Source of the DNA: an uncultured Acidimicrobiia bacterium
GTDB lineage: Bacteria > Actinomycetota > Acidimicrobiia > Acidimicrobiales > AC-14
Assembly (NCBI GenBank): GCA_963836205.1
Contig: CAWIIV010000004.1
Span: 1 to 28,608, forward strand
Reading direction: 5' to 3'
Length of the DNA: 28,608 bases
The notes below the pieces were generated by a model that worked only from the letters and a program-made list of their open reading frames with translations, made no database searches and was not told the DNA's origin. The translations under genes and the position numbers were made by a program. Within the stretch, counting starts at the first letter, position 1. Each line of letters starts with the position of its first letter. Shown piece after piece: positions 18,342-26,520 of the stretch.

Positions 18342-18854
18342 TCAGCCGGCGGGCTCGACCTCGAAGATGTCGGCGGGGGCGCTGGCCATGAGGCGGTCGG
18401 CCATCGCCTGCTTGAGGGCGGTGAAGCGGGCCTCGTCGGCGGGAGTGCGGTCGGGCTTGCGGGCCATGGCCACGAACTCGTCGGTGACCTGCCCCTCCCG
18501 CACGAGGAGCGTCACCGCGGCGTCGCCGTACCGGGGACGGAAGACGAACTGCTCCAGGGTGGTGCCCCGATCGGGACGCTCGAGGGCGGCGTCGACGAGG
18601 TAGCGCCCCTCGGTCAGGCCCCGGGTGACGAGCTCGAACGCGTCACGGGCGCCCGGCCCTCGGAAAGCGGTCTCGATCACGATCCGGCGGCGCTCGAGGG
18701 GCCACTCGGGATCGAGGAGGGGAAAGGCCAGCTCCATGGCCTTGAAGGCCATGGCCACTCCGGCCGGGCTGCCGGGTCCGCTGTAGCGGAGCATCTCGTC
18801 GAACGAGAAGGCCAGGGCCACCCCGTCGTCCACCACCTCCAGCACGTTCCTCAC
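18342..18854 (-). CDS. Hypothetical protein, FmdE-like
   Basis: FDEMLRYSGPGSPAGVAMAFKAM...GPGARDAFELVTR resembles the FmdE-type N-terminus but lacks the usual His/Cys. Confidence 0.6.
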   Translation of the reverse strand: MRNVLEVVDDGVALAFSFDEMLRYSGPGSPAGVAMAFKAMELAFPLLDPEWPLERRRIVIETAFRGPGARDAFELVTRGLTEGRYLVDAALERPDRGTTLEQFVFRPRYGDAAVTLLVREGQVTDEFVAMARKPDRTPADEARFTALKQAMADRLMASAPADIFEVEPAG

Positions 18855-18918
18855 CCGCGCGATCGTACGACCGGGCGGCCTAGGGTCCTGACCAGGCCCC
18901 GTCCACCAAAGGAGACCG

Positions 18919-19575
18919 ATGAAGGTTGCGATGCTGGGAACGGGCGTGGTCGGCCAGACCCTCGGCACCCGGCTGGCCGGCCTGGGCCACCAGGTGATGA
19001 TGGGCGCCCGCCAGGCCGGCAACGAGAAGGCCGCGGCCTGGGCCGCGGGCCTCGGGCCGTCCGCCTCGGCCGGCACCTTCGCCGACGCCGCCGCCTTCGG
19101 CGAGCTGGTGGTCAACGCCACCGCGGGCTCGGTGTCGGTCGAGGTCCTCACCGCCGCCGGCGAGGACAACCTGGCGGGCAAGGTCGTGCTCGACGTCTCC
19201 AACCCCCTCGACTTCTCGAAGGGCATGCCGCCGACCCTCTCGGTCTGCAACACCGACTCCGTGGGCGAGCAGCTCCAGGCCCGGTTCCCCGCCGTGCGAG
19301 TGGTCAAGTCCCTCAACACGGTCAACGCCGACGTGATGGTGCACCCCGAGATCGTCCCCGGGTCGCACACCATGTTCCTGTGCGGCAACGACGCCGACGC
19401 CAAGGACGAGGTGCGGGCGGTGCTGGAGAGCTTCGGCTGGCCCGCCGCAGACGTCCTCGACCTGGGCGACATCGGTGCCGCCCGGGGGATGGAGATGTAC
19501 CTGCCCCTCTGGCTACGCCTGTGGGGCGCCACCGGCACCGGCCACCTCAACGTCAAGGTCTGCGTCGGGACCTAG
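18919..19575 (+). CDS. NADPH-dependent F420 reductase family oxidoreductase
   Basis: AGGAG RBS, MKVAMLGTGVVG Rossmann motif, DVSNPL, VVKSLNT, CGND..AK, DLG. Confidence 0.9.
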   Translation: MKVAMLGTGVVGQTLGTRLAGLGHQVMMGARQAGNEKAAAWAAGLGPSASAGTFADAAAFGELVVNATAGSVSVEVLTAAGEDNLAGKVVLDVSNPLDFSKGMPPTLSVCNTDSVGEQLQARFPAVRVVKSLNTVNADVMVHPEIVPGSHTMFLCGNDADAKDEVRAVLESFGWPAADVLDLGDIGAARGMEMYLPLWLRLWGATGTGHLNVKVCVGT

Positions 19576-19771
19576 TGCCGCGTCAGGCAACGTCGGCCCT
19601 GTCCGCCAACGGCACCTCGGGGACACGCTGGCAACGGCAAGGGACCAGCATTATTGGGGCCACGTTCTGGGCACACCACCGCACGTCGCCAGCGCGCCCC
19701 GAGCCGTCGATCTGTACACATCGGCCGGCCCGGACGCCAGTAAGGGGCATCTACTCGAGAATTGCGGGTCA

Positions 19772-19870
19772 GCGCAGCTACCGGCGTCGACGATCCTGGA
19801 GCACAACCCCTCGCAGCCCCTCTACCTCCTGACCGAACCGGACATGGGATACCGCTTCGTCCCCGGCCCG
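19772..19870 (+). pseudogene. Relic of a KdpE/OmpR-type response regulator C-terminus
   Basis: AQL....LEHNPSQPLYLLTEPDMGYRF matches the KdpE end (AQLRRKLE.DP..P.YL.TEPG.GYRF). The upstream part is missing or degraded. Confidence 0.55.
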
Positions 19871-19941
19871 CCGTCGAACCCGGCTGATCGGGCGTATACG
19901 CTTGCTCCTTCGTCGCCCGGCGGGCGACATAGAGGCGGACG

Positions 19942-20601
19942 ATGGCGACGCTGAGCACCACGACGACGAACGCGGGCCTGCGAAGAACCACGAGGCGGGC
20001 CGGGTTGGTGGGCTTCCTCCTGGCGGCGATGGTGGCCTGCAGCGGATCGGACTCGGACGACGGGGCGAGTCCCATCTCGGCCCCCGGGTCGACGCCGACG
20101 ACGGCCGCCGGTGGGGGGTCGGGCGTGACCACATCGGCCCTGGCGCCCGTTACCACCGAGCCTTCCCGGCCACCCGCCACGAGGGGGCCTCAGACGGTCG
20201 TCGTCGGGCCCGTCACGTTCCACGTCCCGGCCAACTGGACCTCGTTCGAGAGCGGCGGCTCCACCTACGTGGGTGAGAGCGCGGGTAAGCAGGGACACAT
20301 GAACCTCATCGTGACGACTGACTACGGCGGGACCGTCGACGCCCTCCGTCACGACCGGTGCCAGGGTGACGGGACCCACGAGTCGAAGCCACCAGCGAAC
20401 GTGGAGCTGATCGAGTCGGGGTTCGAACCGGTGGGCCGCGCCACGGCCGAGTTCCGCCGGTGGCGTTTCGCCTGCCCGGACTCCGAGATCACGGTCGAGG
20501 AGCACCGGGCCTGGCTCCTTCCCGTATCCCGCGTCGGGATCGTCGAGCAGCGCCACGTCCCCCAGGTGCTCGACGTGGTCACGACCGCCGAGGTGGCCTG
20601 A
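19942..20601 (+). CDS. Putative lipoprotein
   Basis: GAGG RBS, basic n-region, hydrophobic h-region, lipobox-like MVAC-SG, Ser/Thr/Pro linker, and a two-Cys domain. Confidence 0.7.
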   Translation: MATLSTTTTNAGLRRTTRRAGLVGFLLAAMVACSGSDSDDGASPISAPGSTPTTAAGGGSGVTTSALAPVTTEPSRPPATRGPQTVVVGPVTFHVPANWTSFESGGSTYVGESAGKQGHMNLIVTTDYGGTVDALRHDRCQGDGTHESKPPANVELIESGFEPVGRATAEFRRWRFACPDSEITVEEHRAWLLPVSRVGIVEQRHVPQVLDVVTTAEVA

Positions 20602-20718
20602 CCCTCCCAAGGAGATGGCGGGCCGCGGGTTAGGCCTGGGGCACCATGGCCAGGTTGAGGCACAGACGCGAGGGCACTCATCACCCCGAGTTACCTTACA
20701 AGATGTATGCTTATCTGC

Positions 20719-20913
20719 ATGCAGAGCACAAGCGTTCGCATCGATCTAGCCACACACGAAGAGCTCAAGCGACTTGCCGCGGAGCTCAATACCACTGTCG
20801 GCAACACCGTGTCTCTTGCAGTTCGCGCGCTTCGCCAAGACCGCGTCGGCGAGGACCTCACGGCACCGCTTCGTGAGGACGAGACTGCCTGGCTCGATGC
20901 CGACGTCGGGTGA
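20719..20913 (+). CDS. Antitoxin (RHH-like, MazE role), probably leaderless
   Basis: MQSTSVRID..THEELKRLA with an acidic C-terminus. It overlaps the toxin start by 17 bp, and TATGCT at 20706-20711 lies 7 nt before the ATG. Confidence 0.75.
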   Translation: MQSTSVRIDLATHEELKRLAAELNTTVGNTVSLAVRALRQDRVGEDLTAPLREDETAWLDADVG

Positions 20914-21238
20914 TGTCGTTGATCTCGAGCTAGGCCCGCCGGAAGGACGAGAGGCGGGATTCCGCCATCCAGCGATCATCGTTACGGCCCAACGAATCCT
21001 CGATGCCCGACCTTCGGTCGTCCACGTCGTCCCGCTCACGAGCACCGTTCGCTCGTTTCACTCCGAGGTCGTGCTCGAGCCCGACAGCAGCAACGGCCTC
21101 GATGTCGTATCGGCGGCGCAGTGCCAGCACATCCGAGCCGTCTCGCGCCATCGGATCATCGACGTGCGCGGCAACGTCGGCACCACCGTGCTGAGCCAGC
21201 TGCGCGAGACCATCGCCGTCATCCTCGATCTGCCCTGA
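20897..21238 (+). CDS. mazF: PemK/MazF-family endoribonuclease toxin
   Basis: GDVV..ELGPPEGREAG.RHPAIIV...VVPLTS...SAAQCQHIRAVS..R....G. Confidence 0.88.
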   Translation: MPTSGDVVDLELGPPEGREAGFRHPAIIVTAQRILDARPSVVHVVPLTSTVRSFHSEVVLEPDSSNGLDVVSAAQCQHIRAVSRHRIIDVRGNVGTTVLSQLRETIAVILDLP

Positions 21239-21392
21239 CGACGACAACGTCGCGCGATATGGCACGAGAGCGCACCCGTAGCCGTCGTTCCGTACGGCAT
21301 GTGGATCACCTAGTCGGCGCGCTCGTGGTTCCTTGGCCACGGCGGTCTTCGACCAGCAGCACGTCGGGCGGCACCGCGACAAGACTGTGGCC

Positions 21393-21821
21393 ATGACCGC
21401 CAGGGGATCGCAGTTCAAACGGTGGGTCTTCGCCCGACACTCGCACCCATGGAGCGCGTGGACGCGGTGGGCATCGACACCGCTCCTCCTGCTCCCCGCC
21501 TGGAACCGGAGCGCAAGGCAGGGTGCCGTCGTCGCGGGATGGCTCGCGCTCAATCCCATCCTCTTCCCACCACCTCGCGATGACTCCGCCTTCGCGACTC
21601 GAGCGATTCTCGGCGAAGAAAGATGGCTGGAGGAGCGTCCAGTCTCCAGCGCGCTGGCGATCGACTGCCTGGCTGGCGCAGCCCTTCTCCTCGGCATCAA
21701 CAGGGCACGTCGCCATCGTCCCTGGCAGATGACCATCGCAACGATCGGCGCGATGAGCGCGCTGCTCTGGTATTGGCGGGAGATGGTTCGCTTCTACGAC
21801 ACGCGGGGTGACGGCCAATAG
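21393..21821 (+). CDS. DUF6653-like membrane protein
   Basis: FARHSHPWSAWTR...W..LNP.LFPPP...TRAILGE..W pattern, recalled from this family. Confidence 0.6.
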   Translation: MTARGSQFKRWVFARHSHPWSAWTRWASTPLLLLPAWNRSARQGAVVAGWLALNPILFPPPRDDSAFATRAILGEERWLEERPVSSALAIDCLAGAALLLGINRARRHRPWQMTIATIGAMSALLWYWREMVRFYDTRGDGQ

Positions 21822-22066
21822 TCGGCCGCTACCGGACCCCACCACGTCCGGCGGCAACGCTGGCGGACCGCGCCGAAATCGGCGGTCCGGCGCGTTGGGC
21901 CCTGGCGGCGGTGCGCGCTAGATCTTCGCGACAGAACGTGCGTAGGTTGCGGTCTTCAACCTGACGCTGGGCCTGGTCGGCTCCAGCCTCCGGGTCCCGT
22001 TCGACCCGGAGCTGCGACATGACAATGAACGATGCGACCCCGACGACGGAGATCGCGGTCCTCGAT

Positions 22067-22104
22067 GGGGTACGGCCAAGATAAGCCCGAAACCCGCAGT
22101 AGAG
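22067..22104 (+). repeat. Left 38-bp terminal inverted repeat of a Tn3-family transposon
   Basis: GGGGTACGGCCAAGATAAGCCCGAAACCCGCAGTAGAG has GGGGT at 1-5, CGAAA at 22-26, GT at 33-34 and AG at 37-38, as in the Tn3 IR. It lies 181 bp upstream of tnpA, and the partner IR is not in the window. Confidence 0.7.
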
Positions 22105-22285
22105 ACGCCAGCGGCGTCTGGTTGAGCCTCTGACCGCTCAACCGAACAGGCGTACGACGCTCAGCGGGCCCAGGACGCCCGGAAGCTGAACCCGACGACA
22201 CCCGGCAGCCCGCTGACTGGCCCGGGATCGGGCGAGCGCGATCAGCCTGACGTTGGTAGGTTCGCCTTCGGATGGACCTGGGCCG

Positions 22286-25200
22286 ATGACGTCGATCGAG
22301 CGGACCGCCTATCCCCGCTTCGGGCGCCTGGTGAGCGCCCGGGAGCTGACGGGCCTCAGCCCGTCGGCCGAGGAGGTTCTCTGGGCAAGGGACCGTGCTC
22401 GGTCCGATGCGCATGTGCTGGCCTTGGTGGTCTCGCTCAAGTGCTTCCAGCGCCTGGGGTACTTCCCGAGGCGTGACGATATCCCCGTCGCCGTCGTCGA
22501 CCACCTGCGTCGCTGCCTCGAGCTCCCCGAAGGGATCGATCCCGATGTGGGGTCCGAGCGGACGGGGACGTCCCAGCATCAACTGATCCGGGACAAGGTC
22601 GGGGTGGCGCTCGACCCGGAACGGGCGCGGATGGTCGCCGCCGAGGCGATCCGGGCCGCGGCCGAGGTCAAGAACAACCCGCCCGACCTGATCAACGTGG
22701 CGCTGGAGATGATGGTGAAAGCGTCGCTGGAGCTGCCTGGCTTCTCCACCCTGGACGCGATGGCGTCGCAGATCCGGGGGGAGGTGAACACTTCCATCTT
22801 CGAGCGGATCGCCAGTCGCCTGACGCTGCGCGACGCCAGGGTCCTGCAGCAGCTGCTGGACGTGATCGCGCCCGCCCGCACCACCCGGTTCAACGAATTG
22901 AAGAAGGTGGCCGGGCGGGCGTCGTGGTCGGCCTTCCGCGAGCAGGTCAGCCATATGGCGTGGGTCGACTCGCTCGGAGACACCTCGGTGTGGCTGGAGG
23001 GCATCGCCGAGTCCAAGATCGCCGACTTCGCGGGCGAGGCGTGGGCCGCGGATGCTGCGGTCATGGGTGACGTCGCCCCGCTGAAGCGCACTGCACTGCT
23101 GGCCTGTGTGGTCCACGTCGGCCGACAGCGTGTCCGCGACGACCTGGCGGAGATGTTCTGCAAGCGGATCGCCTCCATCACCAAGCGGGCCAAGACCGAG
23201 CTCGAGGAGATCCGGGCCCGGCAGCAGGAGCTGTCGGAGCGCCTCATCGAGCACTACCGCGACGTGCTCGTCCACCTGGACCCCCGCGGCGCATCCCAGT
23301 CGGCGGCGCTGGATCTGGCCAGGGCAGCAGTGGAACGGGCCGGAGGCTTCGAGGCCGAGCTGGCCGACATCGAGGCCGTCGCCGCCCATCACGCCAACCA
23401 CTACATGCCCTTGGTCGATCGCAACTTCCGCCGGGACCGGGCCACGATGTTCGCCTTCGCCCGGACCGTCGCGCTGGAGGCGACCAGCGCCGATCGCTCG
23501 GTCCTCGACGCCCTCGACCACGCCCTCGCCCATTCCCACCTGACCCGTGACCACATCCCGGGCCATGTCGACGGGGTGGCGCTCGACCTGTCGTTCGCCT
23601 CGGAGCAGTGGCAGCGCCTGGTCCGCGGCCGCGACGACAAGGGCCGGCTGGCCCGGCGCCATTTCGAGGCGTGCGTGTTCACCTACCTGTCCGACGCCCT
23701 GCGCACGGGCGACGTCGCGGTGAAGGGTTCCCAGGCCTTCGCCAACTGGTCGGCCCAGCTCCTGCCCTGGGAGGACTGCCGCGCCCTGTTGGGCGAGTAC
23801 TGCGCCGAGGCGGGCCTGCCCACCACCGCGGCCGCCTTCACCGAGCAGCTGAAGGCGTCGCTCGTGGCCAAGGCGGCCGAGGTCGACGCCGGCTACCCCA
23901 ACAACGCCGACCTGGTCATCGACGAGGTCACCGGGGTGCCGTCGTTGAAGCGCCGCCGGGGCCAGGACCGCAGCGCCAGCGCGGTGGCGCTGGAGGAGGC
24001 GATCAAGGAGCGCATGCCCGAGCGGTCGCTGCTCGACATCCTGGCCCGCACCGCCTATTGGCTCGACTGGTGGCGGCGGTTCGGGCCGGCATCGGGGGCG
24101 GACCCCAAGCTGGCTGACCCGCTGCGGCGCTACGTCCTGACGACGTTCGCCTACGGGTGCCTGCTCGGCCCCACCCAGGCCGCCCGCCACATCCGGGGCG
24201 TGTCCGCCCACGAGCTGGGGGCCACGGCCAACCGACACTTCAACATCGACAAGCTGAACCAGGCCATCGTCGACGTGGTCAATGCCTACCTCGGCCTCGA
24301 CCTGGTCAAGGTGTGGGGCGACGGCTCCTCCGTCGCCGCCGACGGCACCCAGCTCGACACCCTGATCGACAACCTCCTGGCCGAGTCCCACATCCGCTAC
24401 GGCGGCTACGGCGGCATCGCCTACCACCACGTGGCCGACAACTACATCGCCCTGTTCAGCCACTTCATCCCCTGCGGGGTGTGGGAGGCGGTCTACATCG
24501 TGGAGGGGTTGCTGAGGAACGAGTCCGAGGCCCAGCCGGGGACCGTCCACGCCGACACCCAGGGCCAGAGCTACCCGGTGCACGCCTTGGCCCATCTCTT
24601 CGGCTTCGACCTGCTGCCCCGGATCCGCAACTGGAAGGACCTCATCTTCTACCGGGCCGACGCCGACACCCGCTACCTCCACATCGACGCCCTGTTCGGC
24701 GAGGAGGGCCAGAACACCGTCAACTGGCGGCTGATCGAGACCCACTGGCAGGACCTGATGCAGGTCGCCCTGTCGATCCGAGAAGGCAAGCTGTCCTCGA
24801 CCCTGCTGCTGCGCCGGCTCGGGACCGAATCGCACCGCAACAACATCTACAAGGCGTTCCGGGAGGTGGGCCGGGTCGTGCGCACCATCACGCTCCTGCG
24901 CTTCATCTCCGAGCCCAAGCTGCGGGAGGAGATCACCGCCGCCACCAACAAGGCCGAGGCCTACAACGGCTTCTCGGGCTGGCTGATGTTCGGCAACGAG
25001 GTGATCGCCCGCAACGACCCGGCCGAGCAGGAGAAGATCCTCAAGTTCAACTCGCTGGTGGCCAACTGCGTGATCTTCCACACCACCCTCGACATGATGG
25101 CCGTGATCCGGCTACTCATCGCCGAGGGCTGGGTGGTCGACCCCGATGATGTGGCCACGATGTCCCCCTACCTCACGGAGCGGATCAAGCGCTTCGGCGA

Positions 25201-25291
25201 CTACGCCACCGATGGCCTCTCCGAGCCGCCCGAGGCCTTCGACCCTCACCTCGACCTTCCGGAGTCGGCCGCCGCCGGCGCCGCCGCCTGA
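22286..25291 (+). CDS. tnpA: Tn3-family transposase (1001 aa)
   Basis: MTSIERTAYPRF start, FQRLGYF, DDE residues in ADGT / HADTQGQS / NKAEAYN, LPRIRNWK, and C-terminal SPY....IKRFGDY. Confidence 0.95.
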   Translation: MTSIERTAYPRFGRLVSARELTGLSPSAEEVLWARDRARSDAHVLALVVSLKCFQRLGYFPRRDDIPVAVVDHLRRCLELPEGIDPDVGSERTGTSQHQLIRDKVGVALDPERARMVAAEAIRAAAEVKNNPPDLINVALEMMVKASLELPGFSTLDAMASQIRGEVNTSIFERIASRLTLRDARVLQQLLDVIAPARTTRFNELKKVAGRASWSAFREQVSHMAWVDSLGDTSVWLEGIAESKIADFAGEAWAADAAVMGDVAPLKRTALLACVVHVGRQRVRDDLAEMFCKRIASITKRAKTELEEIRARQQELSERLIEHYRDVLVHLDPRGASQSAALDLARAAVERAGGFEAELADIEAVAAHHANHYMPLVDRNFRRDRATMFAFARTVALEATSADRSVLDALDHALAHSHLTRDHIPGHVDGVALDLSFASEQWQRLVRGRDDKGRLARRHFEACVFTYLSDALRTGDVAVKGSQAFANWSAQLLPWEDCRALLGEYCAEAGLPTTAAAFTEQLKASLVAKAAEVDAGYPNNADLVIDEVTGVPSLKRRRGQDRSASAVALEEAIKERMPERSLLDILARTAYWLDWWRRFGPASGADPKLADPLRRYVLTTFAYGCLLGPTQAARHIRGVSAHELGATANRHFNIDKLNQAIVDVVNAYLGLDLVKVWGDGSSVAADGTQLDTLIDNLLAESHIRYGGYGGIAYHHVADNYIALFSHFIPCGVWEAVYIVEGLLRNESEAQPGTVHADTQGQSYPVHALAHLFGFDLLPRIRNWKDLIFYRADADTRYLHIDALFGEEGQNTVNWRLIETHWQDLMQVALSIREGKLSSTLLLRRLGTESHRNNIYKAFREVGRVVRTITLLRFISEPKLREEITAATNKAEAYNGFSGWLMFGNEVIARNDPAEQEKILKFNSLVANCVIFHTTLDMMAVIRLLIAEGWVVDPDDVATMSPYLTERIKRFGDYATDGLSEPPEAFDPHLDLPESAAAGAAA

Positions 25292-25442
25292 GGCCACCCG
25301 GTGGGACGAGAGGGCGAGCCGACCTGGGAGCCGACCAGCGCAATGGGTCTGATCGCCAGCATGATCGACGGCCAGCTCGCCAGCCGCGATCTCGAGGTCG
25401 GTACGGTGTGGCTGCTCCGGGGCCCGGGTGGTTGAGGGCGCA

Positions 25443-25832
25443 ATGCGACCCTTCGCACCCATGACCATCGAGCACCTCGCCGCCCACGTGGCGAAGGAGA
25501 TCGACGCCGATCGCAGGTGGATGCTCCTTCTGGAGTTCCTCGAGGAGTACGAGCACGAGCCAACACCGATTCGGCGCTCTCTGATTGAGGCCGAACCGGG
25601 AACCGTCGGCGACGACCGCTGGAACGCCCTGCTCGCCGGCGTTGCCGAATGGCTCGCCGTCCGGGACGACTTCGCCCCGCCGGCGTGGGTCCACGCCCCG
25701 AAGCGCAGCCTCAGCGATATGTGGTGCCCGCACACCCTGGCCTCACTGCGACGACTGGCGGATGACAATGTCCCCCCAGAGATCCGCCGCCACGGGGTGC
25801 TCATCGACCCCTACGACCTCGCCCGAGCATGA
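25443..25832 (+). CDS. Putative antitoxin/partner of the nucleotidyltransferase
   Basis: EP...GDDRWNALLAGVAEWLA......PAW...PPE.RRHGV.I...DL pattern. Its stop overlaps the next ATG (ATGA). Start could be 25428-25461. Confidence 0.6.
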   Translation: MRPFAPMTIEHLAAHVAKEIDADRRWMLLLEFLEEYEHEPTPIRRSLIEAEPGTVGDDRWNALLAGVAEWLAVRDDFAPPAWVHAPKRSLSDMWCPHTLASLRRLADDNVPPEIRRHGVLIDPYDLARA

Positions 25833-26365
25833 GCGACCCGCTCCTCAGTCGAGCCCAGCTCCATGAGGCACTGGAGAACCTGGCCCGCCGCCTGCACCGT
25901 CGGGGCGTCCACGCCGAGCTCTACGTCTTCGGCGGCGGGGCCATGGTCCTCGGCCACAACGCCCGAGAGGCGACTATGGACCTCGACGCCGCCATCCGCC
26001 GGGGCCACGGGGCGGTCACATCCGAGGCTCAGGCCGTGGCCCGCGAACTGGGCTTGCCAAGCTGGTGGCTGAACGAGCAGGCGACTGCCTACCTTCCGGC
26101 TGCCCCCGACGACGAGGCCAGGACGGTGCTCGCCCTTCCGGGACTCACGGTGATCGCAGCGTCGCCTCGCCACCTCCTCGCCATGAAGGCTCGCGCCGCC
26201 CGTCAGCGCGACGTCGCCGACATCATCACCCTGGCTCGCATCGTCGGGGCGACGAGTGCGGAGCAGGTCGTCCGCCTAGCCGAGCAGGTCTTCGGAGGGG
26301 AGATCCTCACCGAGCGGAGCAGGGCCGTGCTCGCCGACCTGGACGACACCCTGGCCGGCGGCTGA
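25829..26365 (+). CDS. Pol-beta-superfamily nucleotidyltransferase (DUF6036/AbiEii-like), putative toxin
   Basis: LYVFGGGAM......REATMDLDA (GG...DxD), WLN, LLAMK..A.R.RD..D. Confidence 0.75.
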   Translation: MSDPLLSRAQLHEALENLARRLHRRGVHAELYVFGGGAMVLGHNAREATMDLDAAIRRGHGAVTSEAQAVARELGLPSWWLNEQATAYLPAAPDDEARTVLALPGLTVIAASPRHLLAMKARAARQRDVADIITLARIVGATSAEQVVRLAEQVFGGEILTERSRAVLADLDDTLAGG

Positions 26366-26408
26366 CCTCGCGGACCCTCCTCGTACCCGGCCGTTTCCGA
26401 GATCGAGG

Positions 26409-26520
26409 CGCCCGGAAATCAACTTCAGAGAACATTCCTTCTCTGAAGTAAGCTTCCGGGCGTGGCTTCAGAGAACACGCCTCACCTGCCTTTAGCCGGG
26501 GCTGATTTCGCTTCAGAGAA
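26409..26520. other. Site-specific recombination (resolution) site: inverted core plus two direct accessory repeats
   Basis: ACTTCAGAGAA (26422-32), spacer CATTCC, TTCTCTGAAGT (26439-49). Outer arms CGCCCGGAA (26409-17) and TTCCGGGCG (26454-62). CTTCAGAGAA recurs at 26466 and 26511. Confidence 0.85.

Noticed and set aside
21956-25081. 1041-aa minus-strand ORF and other long Arg/Pro/Gly-rich ORFs (e.g. 290-2536, 3672-5597, 8168-10252, 8055-9839)
   Set aside because: These are antisense or off-frame shadows of real high-GC genes, with no recognisable motifs.
25340-25436. Degenerate HTH N-terminus of the NTase partner gene
   Set aside because: The short ORF (…SRDLEVGTVWLLRG) is only vaguely HTH-like and cannot be supported without an alignment.
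26422-26449. Chromosomal dif site with host XerC/D
   Set aside because: It has the 11-6-11 geometry but perfectly symmetric arms unlike dif, has accessory direct repeats, and sits in a transposon next to its own recombinase.
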